Positions 1-9,116 of a stretch of 64,000 nucleotides of DNA are shown one piece after another. This DNA is from Chloroflexota bacterium (lineage in GTDB: Bacteria; Chloroflexota; UBA11872): the NCBI GenBank assembly GCA_028873795.1, contig JAPPNP010000051.1:71641-135640 (forward strand), in the 5' to 3' direction. How positions within the stretch are numbered: position 1 is the first letter of the stretch; every line of letters begins with the position of its first letter. The notes under the pieces were generated by a model. It was not told the DNA's origin and did not search any database. It saw only the letters and a program-made list of their open reading frames with translations. A program made the position numbers and the translations under genes.

Positions 1-3
1 TGG

Positions 4-25
4 CCCACGCTGCGTGCAGCGTGGG
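4..25. repeat. GC-rich perfect hairpin CCCACGCTGC-GT-GCAGCGTGGG (copy 1 of 3 related hairpins)
   Basis: Inverted repeat read directly; related copies at 4543-4564 and 6078-6098 with compensatory changes in both arms. Confidence 0.6.
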
Positions 26-98
26 ATTCCTTGTGGATTGATCTCCCCGGCGGGCGCCCCCTAAATCCCCCCGAACGCCCGCGCCCACGCCCACAAGT

Positions 99-122
99 AG
101 GGGCGGTTCGCGAACCGCCCCT
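99..122. terminator. 24-nt perfect palindrome AGGGGCGGTTCGCGAACCGCCCCT just 3' of panE; flanked by direct repeats CTAAAT(T)CCCCCGAACGCCCGCGCC (61-84 and 138-164)
   Basis: Self-complementary sequence read directly; position immediately downstream of minus-strand panE stop; no U-tract so terminator role is inference. Confidence 0.3.
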
Positions 123-139
123 ACACGGAATCCCGCGCC

Positions 140-1069
140 CTAAATTCCCCCGAACGCCCGCGCCTTGGCCTTGAGCGACAAGTAGATGGCCTCGAGCGCT
201 GGCGTGGGCACGCCGGCCTCGCGGCCGCGGCGGACGACCGCGCCGGTGAGGTACTCGAGCTCGACGCGGCGCTGGTGGCCGAAGTCGACCTGCAGCGAGG
301 TGGTGTTGTCGGCCGGGGCGGATTGCAGCAGGGCCACCAGGTCGTCGCTGGTCGATTCGGGCAGGTCCACGCCCAGCGCCCGCCCAACGGACGCCGCTTC
401 GTCGAACATCATGCGGTATGCGTCCTCCATGCCCTCGGTGGACAGGATGTCGCCGAGCGGTAGCTGGCAGGCGGCGCTCATGCCGCCGTGGACCGATAGC
501 AGCACGATCTTGCTCCACAGGATGCGCGTGATGTCGTCGCTGACCTCGGTCTCGATGCCGCAGCCGCGCAGCGCCTCGGCGATGGCCTCTACGCGGTCGG
601 AAATCCCTCCGGCGGGTTCGCCGATCGCCGCACGCACCAGCGCGTCCTGATACTCGATCACGCCCGGCCCGTCGATGTGGGCCGTCAACCAGGTGGCGCC
701 GCCGATCACGTGCTCCGCGCCCAGCACAGACGACAGCATCGGCACGCTGTCGATGCCGTTCTGCAGCGTGAGCACCGACGTCTCGTCGCCGACCGCGGGG
801 ACCAGCAGCTCGGCGGCCGACTGTGTGTCGTAGGCCTTGACCGCGAAGACTACGAGATCGAACGTCGCCCCGGCATCCGCGGGACGCTCGACGACATCAA
901 CCTGAAGATAACGGCGCGACCCGTCTTCGCTGAGCATGCACAGCCCGTGTTCCCGAATGGCTTCCAAGTGCGCCCCGCGGGCGACAAAGGTCACGTCGTG
1001 GCCGGTTTCGAATAGCCCGGCCCCGACAAAGCCGCCAACCCCGCCGGATCCCATCATCATCACGCGCAT
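140..1069 (-). CDS. panE: 2-dehydropantoate 2-reductase (ketopantoate reductase, ApbA/PanE family)
   Basis: N-terminal GSGGVGGFVGAGL Rossmann motif and overall ApbA-like organisation; 309 aa. Confidence 0.75.
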   Translation of the reverse strand: MRVMMMGSGGVGGFVGAGLFETGHDVTFVARGAHLEAIREHGLCMLSEDGSRRYLQVDVVERPADAGATFDLVVFAVKAYDTQSAAELLVPAVGDETSVLTLQNGIDSVPMLSSVLGAEHVIGGATWLTAHIDGPGVIEYQDALVRAAIGEPAGGISDRVEAIAEALRGCGIETEVSDDITRILWSKIVLLSVHGGMSAACQLPLGDILSTEGMEDAYRMMFDEAASVGRALGVDLPESTSDDLVALLQSAPADNTTSLQVDFGHQRRVELEYLTGAVVRRGREAGVPTPALEAIYLSLKAKARAFGGI

Positions 1070-1139
1070 GCTGCTCTCCTTGTCCTATGGGGTCTCTTGA
1101 ATGGCCCGGTCAGATGCCGGATGTGCGGGACGCAGCCGG

Positions 1140-1330
1140 GGCAGATCCCATCTTGTTAGGGGTGGATTCCCGCCTTCGGAGACCCTTGCAAAACCCGGCC
1201 AGGCTCGAGGATGACTGGGCGAACGCCATCCGCCCCCAGGTTCAATGAAGGGTGGATTCCCGCCTTCGCGGGAATGACGAAGGGTTACGCAAAGGTCTCC
1301 CGTCGCGGGAGTGACGGAGGGGTTCGTGGG
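1140..1330. repeat. MITE/REP-like intergenic repeat module (GGTGGATTCCCGCCTTCG..GCGGGAATGACGAAGG hairpins, two copies, plus CTCCCGTCGCGGGAG hairpin)
   Basis: Same module found at 4681-4715; inverted repeats read directly; ORFs called here (1085-1366, 1211-1618) are low-complexity and rejected. Confidence 0.55.
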
Positions 1331-1366
1331 AATAGCGGAGGCGGCTTGCATGATTCTTCGAGCCAA

Positions 1367-3247
1367 CTATCCCGCGCCGTCGCCGAGGGTTACCAGCGCC
1401 TCGGTCACAGGTCCGCGGGTCTGGCCGTCCACGCGAATCTCGACCGTGAGGATGCGGCGAGCGTCCGAGTGCGCCGGCGCCGTGGCATTGAGCGTCAGCT
1501 CCCCGCGCGCGCCGGCCTCGAGGTCCAGGGACTCGAATGCATCGCTCGTGCGCCAGCCGTCGGGAGCCAGCAGCCGCGCGTCGAGCCGCACGGGCCGCTC
1601 CGCGTTGTTGCGGAGTAGGAGACGGTAGCTGCACGCCTCGCCGGCTTCGACGTGGCGCAAATACGGGATCAGCCGCGCCCACCAGAGGTCCACCCCCTCG
1701 TCGGCCGGTTCGTCCAGCAGGTCCCGCACCACGCGCTCCTTGCGGGCGATAAAGTCGCGGTACTCCGCCGCGCGGCGCGCGTCCCACGGAATCAGCTCGC
1801 GGTGCCCCGGACAGACCAGGTCCGGGTGCACCAGGTCCATCACGTCCGCGCAGCGGCGATGCATCCATAGCTGCAGGCTGTTGCGCAGCACCGTGGTCTG
1901 GTAGAGCTGCGGGGTCACCTCACCGGTGATGCCGGGCGCCAGCTCCAAGAAAACGTTGTCGCCAGTGAAGGCCACTTTCTGCCCATCGACGTGCGTGGCA
2001 AGGACCGAGTGGAATTCCGTTTGGCCGGGCGCGTGGTGGACCTCGAACTCGAACTCCTCCCACTGGAACCGCTCGCCGTCGCGCAGCTTGCGTTCGATCG
2101 GAATGGGATACGGCAACGTGCAGGGCGTGCTGCACCAGCCGGCCGGGTCCTCCAGCACCTGCGCCACTTCGTCGAGCGCCCAGACGCGCGCGCCCTCGTG
2201 CCGCACCAGGTAGGGGATGCCCGCCGTGTGGTCGTCGTGGATGTGCGTGACCAACACCATGTCCATCTCGTGCACGCCGTAGGTCTCGCGCAGCTCGTCG
2301 AGGTGATGCACCACGAAGCGCATCGTGTCGCCGTCCTCGCGCTCCTGGGCAACACCCATGTGCGCGAAATGCGAGTGCCCATAGTCGATGAAGCACGCCT
2401 TGCCGCTCTCGGACAGCAGCACGTAGAAGTTGGAGCAGGTGTGCGGACCGCCCCACAGGAGATGCCGTGAAACCTGGATGAACTTCGGATCGGGCAGGAG
2501 ATCAAGTCCATGTCCCCCGTCGCGGCCCAGGAACCGCATCCCGGCGCCCAGCCGCGCCAGGGCCATCAGCCGCTCTTCGAGCCGCGCGCAGTCACCGATT
2601 GGGTCCTCGATCACGTCGCCATGCGAGGGCAGCGCCAGATCGGGCGTTTGCCGCCGCAGCGCCTGCAGGGATTCCAGCGTGAACAGTGCGCCCTGCTGAT
2701 CGGCGTAGCCGTACTCCATGGCGTGGTATTGGTAGAGCACGCCGCCGGCGCATAACAGGTCGCCGGTGAATGCCACGCGGCGGCTGTCGACTTGGCCGAT
2801 GAGCATGCTACTGCCGTGCGTGTGGCCCTTGGCCGGGATGATTTCAAACTCGACGTCGCGCCAGGTGAAGGTCTCGTAGTCCGCGAGGTCGGCGTCGACC
2901 GCCACGTTCTCCGCCAGCGAGAAAAAGGTGTTGCGGTCGTTGTAGTTGTCGTAGACACGCTTGTGTTGCCAGAACAGCTCGGCCTGCTCGAATAGATGCC
3001 GCTCTTGCTCCGGCACGGCGACTCTGGCGCCGTGGTCTTTGAGCCGTCCGGTGCCCCAGCACTGGTCGCGATGGTGATGCGTGTGCAGCACCCACTCGAC
3101 TTGCCGCACGCCGATTTCGTCGAGATGGTCCACGGCGGCGCCCGACCCGGCGTCGATCAGCAGGCCGCGGTCGCCGGCGGTCACGCAGTAGACGTTGCAG
3201 GTGTCGGCCCAGCGAAAGATGCGCGGGGAGACTTGGTCCCAGGCCAT
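1367..3247 (-). CDS. Tandem metallo-beta-lactamase-fold hydrolase (two MBL domains: HTHHHRDQ and THIHDDH motifs) with ~120-aa C-terminal domain
   Basis: Two HxHxDH zinc-binding motifs about 300 aa apart, followed by His/Asp ligands; 626 aa. Confidence 0.7.
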   Translation of the reverse strand: MAWDQVSPRIFRWADTCNVYCVTAGDRGLLIDAGSGAAVDHLDEIGVRQVEWVLHTHHHRDQCWGTGRLKDHGARVAVPEQERHLFEQAELFWQHKRVYDNYNDRNTFFSLAENVAVDADLADYETFTWRDVEFEIIPAKGHTHGSSMLIGQVDSRRVAFTGDLLCAGGVLYQYHAMEYGYADQQGALFTLESLQALRRQTPDLALPSHGDVIEDPIGDCARLEERLMALARLGAGMRFLGRDGGHGLDLLPDPKFIQVSRHLLWGGPHTCSNFYVLLSESGKACFIDYGHSHFAHMGVAQEREDGDTMRFVVHHLDELRETYGVHEMDMVLVTHIHDDHTAGIPYLVRHEGARVWALDEVAQVLEDPAGWCSTPCTLPYPIPIERKLRDGERFQWEEFEFEVHHAPGQTEFHSVLATHVDGQKVAFTGDNVFLELAPGITGEVTPQLYQTTVLRNSLQLWMHRRCADVMDLVHPDLVCPGHRELIPWDARRAAEYRDFIARKERVVRDLLDEPADEGVDLWWARLIPYLRHVEAGEACSYRLLLRNNAERPVRLDARLLAPDGWRTSDAFESLDLEAGARGELTLNATAPAHSDARRILTVEIRVDGQTRGPVTEALVTLGDGAG

Positions 3248-3398
3248 GGACGCCTCGCGGTGCCGTGCCGGCGACAGTGGGGGCAGCGTACGGGACGGCG
3301 GTCGGGACAGGCGAATAGGCGGCTGCGGCGAGCCTGCGAGGTATACGCGTCGGGCGTTGCTGTAGTCTGAGCAGGCTAGCCAACCGGCCTAAATCACC

Positions 3399-4514
3399 AT
3401 GCCTGAAACCGGCGCCATTGCCGTCTTCAACGGAATCCGCGAGCCGTTCGACCTGCGGGATTTCCCCGTACCGGACCCGGAGCCGGGCGCCGCGGTGATT
3501 CGCATGCGGCTGGCCAACGTGTGCGGCTCCGACATGCACTACTGGCGCGGCGACACGGACCTGGTCGCGCGCGGCTTCAACCTCCCGGGCACGCTGGGGC
3601 ACGAGGGCACCGGCGAGATCGCCAAGCTGGGCACCGGATTGACCGTCGACACTGCCGGCCAGCCGCTGCGCGAAGGCGACCGGGTGGTCTTCGGCTTCTT
3701 CCACCCATGCCTGCGCTGCGCGAACTGCCTAAAGGGGCATACCTACGCGTGCCCAACGCGGCAGACCAATCGGATGACGCTGCTGGACGAGTGGCCCTAC
3801 TTCCGCGGCACGTTCGCCGACTACTACTACCTGTTTCCAAAGCACGCCATATTTCGGGTACCCGATCACCTGGACGACCACCTCATCTCGGGCGTGAACT
3901 GCGCCTTGAGCCAGGTGGTCTCCGGGCTGGACCGCGCCGGACAGACCGTCAACGAAACGGTGGCGATCCAGGGGGCCGGCGGCTTGGGCGTCTACGCCGC
4001 GGCCGTGGCCCAGGCGCGCGGCGCGGCGCGCGTGATCGTGATCGACGGTGTGGAGGAGCGGCTGGAGCTGGCGCGCGCGTTCGGCGCGGACGAGACGGTC
4101 GATATGCGCGACTACGAGACACCTGAAGCGCGTGTGGCTCGGGTCCAGGAGCTCACCGACGGCCTCGGCGCCGACGTGACGATGGAGCTGGTGGGACATC
4201 CCGGCGTGTTCGCGGAGGGGGTCGGCATGACCGCGCCGGGCGGGCGCTACGTCGAAATTGGCAATGTCTGCGTCGGGCACACGGCGAGCTTCGATCCGTC
4301 CACCATCGTCTTCAAGAGCATCACGGTGCTGGGCGTGGCCCACTACCGCTGGCGGGACCTGAAGCAGGCGCTGGACTTTGTGTCCCACAACGTGGACAAG
4401 CTGCCGTTCGATCGCGTGCTGTCTCACACGTATCCGCTGCACGAAATCAACGAGGCGTTCGAGCGCCAGGACGAAGGTCACGTGACGCGCAGCGCGCTTG
4501 CGCCCGCGTCCTGA
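3399..4514 (+). CDS. Zn-dependent alcohol dehydrogenase (MDR superfamily)
   Basis: CGSDMHYW...GHEGTGEI catalytic-zinc motif; structural-zinc Cys cluster CLRCANC; GAGGLG NAD-binding motif. Confidence 0.8.
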   Translation: MPETGAIAVFNGIREPFDLRDFPVPDPEPGAAVIRMRLANVCGSDMHYWRGDTDLVARGFNLPGTLGHEGTGEIAKLGTGLTVDTAGQPLREGDRVVFGFFHPCLRCANCLKGHTYACPTRQTNRMTLLDEWPYFRGTFADYYYLFPKHAIFRVPDHLDDHLISGVNCALSQVVSGLDRAGQTVNETVAIQGAGGLGVYAAAVAQARGAARVIVIDGVEERLELARAFGADETVDMRDYETPEARVARVQELTDGLGADVTMELVGHPGVFAEGVGMTAPGGRYVEIGNVCVGHTASFDPSTIVFKSITVLGVAHYRWRDLKQALDFVSHNVDKLPFDRVLSHTYPLHEINEAFERQDEGHVTRSALAPAS

Positions 4515-4542
4515 TGCAGCGCAGCACCGGAAGCTCACCGTT

Positions 4543-4564
4543 CCCAGGCTGCACGCAGCCTGGG
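4543..4564. repeat. GC-rich hairpin CCCAGGCTGC-AC-GCAGCCTGGG (copy 2)
   Basis: Perfect inverted repeat 29 nt downstream of ADH stop; covaries with copy 1. Confidence 0.6.
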
Positions 4565-4565
4565 C

Positions 4566-4737
4566 CACCGGACCCGCGGTCTGGGCCACCGGGCAATACG
4601 CCACCGATCTGTCATTCCGAGCGCAGCGAGGAATCTAAGGCGCGGCCCTACGTCCCTAGCGGCTCCAGGATGGACGACCGGTGGATTCCCGCCTCCGCGG
4701 GAATGACGAAGGACTACCCGAACGGTTTCGCTCGAAC
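4566..4737. repeat. Composite intergenic repeat: GTCATTCCGAGCGCAGCGAGGAATCTAAGG arm plus GGTGGATTCCCGCCTCCGCGGGAATGACGAAGG module
   Basis: Shares left arm with repeats at 10759 and 21323 and right module with 1250-1292. Confidence 0.6.
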
Positions 4738-6063
4738 ATGGCCCATATAACACCGCCCGAACACGACCTGCTCGACCAGGTCTTTCCCGTCGGTACGGTC
4801 CGCGACGACGCCGGCGCGCTCGTCATCGGCGGGGTCGATGTCGAGGCGTTGGCGGAGGAGTGCGGCACTCCGCTCTACATCTATGACGAGGCCACGCTGC
4901 GCGCGGCCTGCCGTGGCTATACCCGCGCGCTGGCGGACACCTATCCCAACGCGCTGGTGCTCTACGCCGGCAAGGCCTACGTGGATCCCACGCTCTTGCA
5001 GGTGGCGGCCTCCGAGGGCCTGGGGATGGACGCCGTCTCCTCGGGCGAGGTGCACGTGGCGCAGGCCGCCGGGATGCCGCTGGAGCGCGTGGTGCTTCAC
5101 GGCAACAACAAGCTGCCGCGCGAGATCGACCTGGCGCTCGAGCTTGGCGTCGGGCGCATCGTCGTCGATGCGCTGGAAGAGATCGAGATCATCGACGATT
5201 TGGCGCGGCGACGCGGCCAAACGGCGCAGGTGCTCATGCGGCTCACGCCGGGCGTGGAAGCGCACACGCACGACTACATCCGCACCGGCGCCGTGGACAG
5301 CAAGTTCGGTCTCGGGCTCGACTCCGGCGCGGCCGAGGAAGCTGTCGCGCGGGCAATGCGGGCGCCGAATCTCGACGTGATGGGGCTGCACGCCCACATC
5401 GGGTCCCAGATCTTCGACACCGAGCCCTATGCCGACACGATCAACATCACGCTCGACTTTGCCGAGCGCATGCGGGCCGCCCACGGACTCGACCTGCGGG
5501 ATCTGAGCCCGGGCGGCGGCGGCGGCGTGCGCTACACGCTCGACGACGATCCACCCGATCCGGCCGACATCGTCGAGGCCATCACGTCGACGGTGCTGGC
5601 TCGCGGCCTCGCCCATCCGCCGCGGCTGCTCATCGAGCCCGGTCGATCCATCGTGGCGCGTAGCGGGGTGGCGCTCTACGCCGTGGGCACCGTCAAGCAC
5701 ATCCCCGGCGTGCGCACCTATGTCTCCGTCGACGGGGGCATGGCCGACAATCCGCGTCCCGCGCTCTACCAGTCTAAATACGCCGCGCTGCTGGCGAATC
5801 GACCCGCTGACGGTCCACCCGAGGCGGTAACGCTCGCAGGCCGCTACTGCGAGTCCGGCGACGTCCTGCTGCGCGACACGGTGCTGCCGCCGCTGCGCCG
5901 CGGCGACCTCATCACCATTCCGACGTCCGGCGCCTATCACATGAGCATGGCCAGCACCTACAACATGGTTGGCCGGCCCGCCGTGGTGATGGTCGCGGAC
6001 GGCCAAGCCCGCCTGACCCGCCGCCGCGAAACCGACGAGGATCTGCTGGCGGTGTTTCCCTAA
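4738..6063 (+). CDS. lysA: Diaminopimelate decarboxylase
   Basis: Fold-III PLP decarboxylase pattern (GTPLYIYDE..., AGKAY lysine, GGG loop, EPGR, CESGD); start moved to ATG 4738 because upstream part of ORF lies inside the repeat. Confidence 0.85.
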   Translation: MAHITPPEHDLLDQVFPVGTVRDDAGALVIGGVDVEALAEECGTPLYIYDEATLRAACRGYTRALADTYPNALVLYAGKAYVDPTLLQVAASEGLGMDAVSSGEVHVAQAAGMPLERVVLHGNNKLPREIDLALELGVGRIVVDALEEIEIIDDLARRRGQTAQVLMRLTPGVEAHTHDYIRTGAVDSKFGLGLDSGAAEEAVARAMRAPNLDVMGLHAHIGSQIFDTEPYADTINITLDFAERMRAAHGLDLRDLSPGGGGGVRYTLDDDPPDPADIVEAITSTVLARGLAHPPRLLIEPGRSIVARSGVALYAVGTVKHIPGVRTYVSVDGGMADNPRPALYQSKYAALLANRPADGPPEAVTLAGRYCESGDVLLRDTVLPPLRRGDLITIPTSGAYHMSMASTYNMVGRPAVVMVADGQARLTRRRETDEDLLAVFP

Positions 6064-6077
6064 GCCCGCCCGGTGGC

Positions 6078-6098
6078 CCAGGCTGCGTGCAGCCTGGG
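6078..6098. repeat. GC-rich hairpin CCCAGGCTGC-GT-GCAGCCTGGG (copy 3), 15 nt after lysA stop
   Basis: Inverted repeat read directly. Confidence 0.6.
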
Positions 6099-6206
6099 AT
6101 TTGTCGTCCGCACGCTTCGGTAGCCCGACGTGTCGTCCCGCGGCGCCCCCGGGGCTTGTTCATGACCGCAATCCACCCAGAGATGTCGATCCAATCGACC
6201 ATCCAC

Positions 6207-6641
6207 CTACCGCAGCGGGTCGACGACCTCGAGAAACGGAAAACGATGGAAGTGGGTGTCGCGGGTGCAAACGCGGCTGACGCCGTGCTCACGCATCAAC
6301 ACCGCCGTGTGCAGGTCGTGCATCAGGTTGCCGCGGACATCCGGCAGTTCCGCCAGCGTCTGCGCCAGGACCGCCTGGTGCCGCTCGGTCGGCCGCAAAA
6401 GCGCGAAGCCTGGGGAGTCGAGGAGCACGCCGAGAAAGCGCCACGCGTCACTGGGATGCCACGGCGCGCGGAGCACTTGCGGATGCGTGCTGACCCGCAG
6501 GAACTCGTAGCAGACGTTCCACGTGAGAAAGGTCGGCGTTGGATCGACTCGCCATTGGTTCACGTGCTCCCGGCAGGCCGCGTGCGCCTCGGCATCCTGG
6601 TCGGCCGCATAGACAAGCACATTGGTGTCAACGGCGAGCAC
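6207..6641 (-). CDS. vapC: PIN-domain toxin (VapC-type ribonuclease)
   Basis: N-terminal VDTNVLVYA and conserved acidic residues typical of PIN; adjacent downstream of small antitoxin gene. Confidence 0.75.
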   Translation of the reverse strand: MLAVDTNVLVYAADQDAEAHAACREHVNQWRVDPTPTFLTWNVCYEFLRVSTHPQVLRAPWHPSDAWRFLGVLLDSPGFALLRPTERHQAVLAQTLAELPDVRGNLMHDLHTAVLMREHGVSRVCTRDTHFHRFPFLEVVDPLR

Positions 6642-6881
6642 TCACTCCTCACCCATCGCCGCATAGAGCTCATCTCGGTTGGCGACGTCGACCAGCGCGC
6701 CGCCGCTGTTCCAGCGCGGCAGCTCCGGCAGCTCATCGCGTTCGGTGACATACGGCGGCGCCGGCTCGAGCACGCGCATGATGCCGGCCTCGACCAGGGC
6801 CGTCATGGTGGTGCCGCGCCGCGCGGCCTCTTCGCGCAGGCGGCGCATCACCGTGTCGTCGAGATTCAGCGTTGTCTTCAT
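6642..6881 (-). CDS. vapB: VapB-type antitoxin (ribbon-helix-helix)
   Basis: 79-aa protein MKTTLNLDDTVMRRLREEAARRGTTMTALVE...; immediately upstream of and abutting the PIN gene; internal ATG of longer spurious ORF. Confidence 0.65.
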   Translation of the reverse strand: MKTTLNLDDTVMRRLREEAARRGTTMTALVEAGIMRVLEPAPPYVTERDELPELPRWNSGGALVDVANRDELYAAMGEE

Positions 6882-7054
6882 TTGGTCGACCTTGCGTCGC
6901 TGGTATATGGCAAACCATACAGCATATATGGCTATATGCCAAGCCCTGGATGCATTCGCCCGTCCGCGGCTCTTGGCAGCCTGCCGCCTGGAGTTGACCA
7001 ACCTCGCGCAGCCGCCCTCTGACCCATACCCGGGAGAGGCGGCGTGTACGCCCG

Positions 7055-7921
7055 CTACCCAGCCGCGTAGCCTTCGAGAATCTGCGCGGCGCTGGTGCGC
7101 CGCAGCTTGGCGAGCGCCTGGGCTTGCAGCTGCCGGATGCGCTCGGCGGTGAGGCCGAGTCGGTTGCCGATGTCGACCAGGCGCAGCGGCTCGCGCCCGC
7201 CGAGTCCGAAGCGCAGGCGCAGGATGGTGCGCTCGCGTACGTCCAGCGTGGCCAGCGCGCGATTGAGGTCGGCGCAAAGAAACTTCGCGCGCAACTCATC
7301 GAATGGCTGCGGGGCCGCCTCGGCGTCGGACGGGGTCGCCGGCGCCTCATCCTCGGCGGTCGCGCTATCCAGCGAGATCGCCCGCCCGGCGAACCGGCGC
7401 AGTCGCGCCAACTCGGCAGCGGGCAGACCGAGGCGACACGCCACTTCGCCGTCCTCGGGATCGCGCTGCAACTCGGCCCGCAGCTCGTCCCAGATCCGCC
7501 GTGAAGATGCCAGCTTGCGGTGCACGTAGTCGGGAAGCCGCAGCGGTAGGTCGGCCTCGGCCGCCGCCCGCGCGATGGGTTGCTGCACCCACTGCATGGC
7601 AAAGCTGCTGAACCTGAACCCGTGCCGCCAATCGAAGCGCTCCACGGCTCGCATCAGGCCCGTGTTGCCTTCCTGGATGAGGTCGAGCAGCGGCGCGCGC
7701 CCGTCGGCGAAGCGGCGCGCAACGGCCACCACCAGGCGCAAGTTGGCGGTGATCATCTGTTGGCGGGCCCCCGGCTCGTTGCGCTCGATGCGCTGCGCCA
7801 ACTCGACTTCCTCGCGTGCCGTGAGACGGGGAAACCGGCGGATTTCACTCAGGTAGGCACGCAGGCTCGACGCCTCGTCCAGCTGGGCGGTCGGCCCTAC
7901 TCCTCCACGTTGTGGGGACAT
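7055..7921 (-). CDS. RNA polymerase sigma-70 family factor (regions 2, 3 and 4 present)
   Basis: Region 2 motifs (DLIQEGNTGLMRAVERFD), region 4 HTH (LRLVDIGNRLGLTAERIRQLQAQALAKLR); start set to ATG 7921. Confidence 0.75.
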   Translation of the reverse strand: MSPQRGGVGPTAQLDEASSLRAYLSEIRRFPRLTAREEVELAQRIERNEPGARQQMITANLRLVVAVARRFADGRAPLLDLIQEGNTGLMRAVERFDWRHGFRFSSFAMQWVQQPIARAAAEADLPLRLPDYVHRKLASSRRIWDELRAELQRDPEDGEVACRLGLPAAELARLRRFAGRAISLDSATAEDEAPATPSDAEAAPQPFDELRAKFLCADLNRALATLDVRERTILRLRFGLGGREPLRLVDIGNRLGLTAERIRQLQAQALAKLRRTSAAQILEGYAAG

Positions 7922-8028
7922 TGGGGGCTTGTCGGCGCTGCCTCTCAGGGCCCGGCGGATCCTCGACGCGGCAAGTATACGCGGGGCCGCTCGATGCCTC
8001 AGCGGCCCTAGCCGCACTTCGGTGGGCG

Positions 8029-9033
8029 CTACGCCATGCTTTCGAGCTGATCGATGGTGACTTCGTGCCTCAGCGGCTGGCCGTTCGCGTGCCGCTCCAG
8101 CTCATCGAGCATCGCGTCCATCAGCCGGGACCGCCGCTCGGGGGTTAGCCCCGCGACATGGGGCGTCAGGAGCACCCGCCGCATCCCCATCAGCGGGTGA
8201 TCGGGCGGCAGCGGCTCCTCGTCGAAGACATCCAGGGCGCAGTCGAATCGCTCCTTGGCCAGCTCGGCCACCAGGGCGTCGGTGTCGATCAGGGCGGATC
8301 GCGCGTTGTTGACCAGCACGGCATCGTCCTTGATCAGCGCCAGCATCCCGGCGTCGATCATGTGGTGGGTTTCGGGCAGCACGGGAGCGTGAATGCTGAT
8401 CACGTCGCTGGTTCGCATCAAGTTCGGCAGCTCGAGCTTGGACACGCCCAGCCGCTGCGCGTCGCTCGCGGTCAAGTAGGGATCGGCCACGACGACTTCG
8501 ACGTCGAACGGGCGCAGCAGCGGGATGAGGCGCCGTCCCACCTTGCTCGCGCCGACGATGCCATAGCGCTTGCCATACAGCTCTCGGTCCACCGCCGGGC
8601 CGATGTCGCGCCAGCGTCCGGCGCGCATGGCGGCGTCGAAGTCGCCCGTGCACCGCAGCAGGGCTAGCACCACGGTCAGCGTGTGCTCGGCGACGCCGAG
8701 GGCGATGAAGTCGGCGGCATGGGTCACGCGCACGCCGCGCTCGAACACAGCCGGCGGCGCCACGCTACGGATCGTGCCCGCTGCGTAGCAGATAACTTCC
8801 AGGTCCGGCGCGGCATCCAGCAGCCGCTCGTCGTAGGTGCACGAGCCCCATGAGGCCAGCACAGCCGTCATGCCGCCGATGCGCTCTCGCACCGCCGCGG
8901 CGTCCCAGGCCCGATCGGCGTCGTTGAACGTCACCGATTCGGCCAGGCGCTCCAGCCGCGCGAGCGCTTCAGGCGTTGCGATGCGCCGGAGCAACGGCTG
9001 CTCAACAGTCACCAGCACGCGCGGTGCGGACAT
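8029..9033 (-). CDS. D-isomer-specific 2-hydroxyacid dehydrogenase (PGDH/GyaR-like), NAD-binding
   Basis: GxGxxG-like GIVGASKVG motif, catalytic His/Glu/Arg pattern; start trimmed to MSAPRVLV. Confidence 0.7.
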   Translation of the reverse strand: MSAPRVLVTVEQPLLRRIATPEALARLERLAESVTFNDADRAWDAAAVRERIGGMTAVLASWGSCTYDERLLDAAPDLEVICYAAGTIRSVAPPAVFERGVRVTHAADFIALGVAEHTLTVVLALLRCTGDFDAAMRAGRWRDIGPAVDRELYGKRYGIVGASKVGRRLIPLLRPFDVEVVVADPYLTASDAQRLGVSKLELPNLMRTSDVISIHAPVLPETHHMIDAGMLALIKDDAVLVNNARSALIDTDALVAELAKERFDCALDVFDEEPLPPDHPLMGMRRVLLTPHVAGLTPERRSRLMDAMLDELERHANGQPLRHEVTIDQLESMA

Positions 9034-9116
9034 CGAGCATCTCCTCGGTGACGATCGGCCTGCGCTGGCATGATAGGCGCGCACCACGCGGTCCCGGCGG
9101 AAGCGCGGCACGCCCG

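Noticed and set aside
7922-8028. Sigma-factor promoter (TATACT -10-like hexamer on minus strand about 7965-7970)
   Set aside because: No convincing -35 at 17 +/- 1 bp. Too weak to call from sequence alone.
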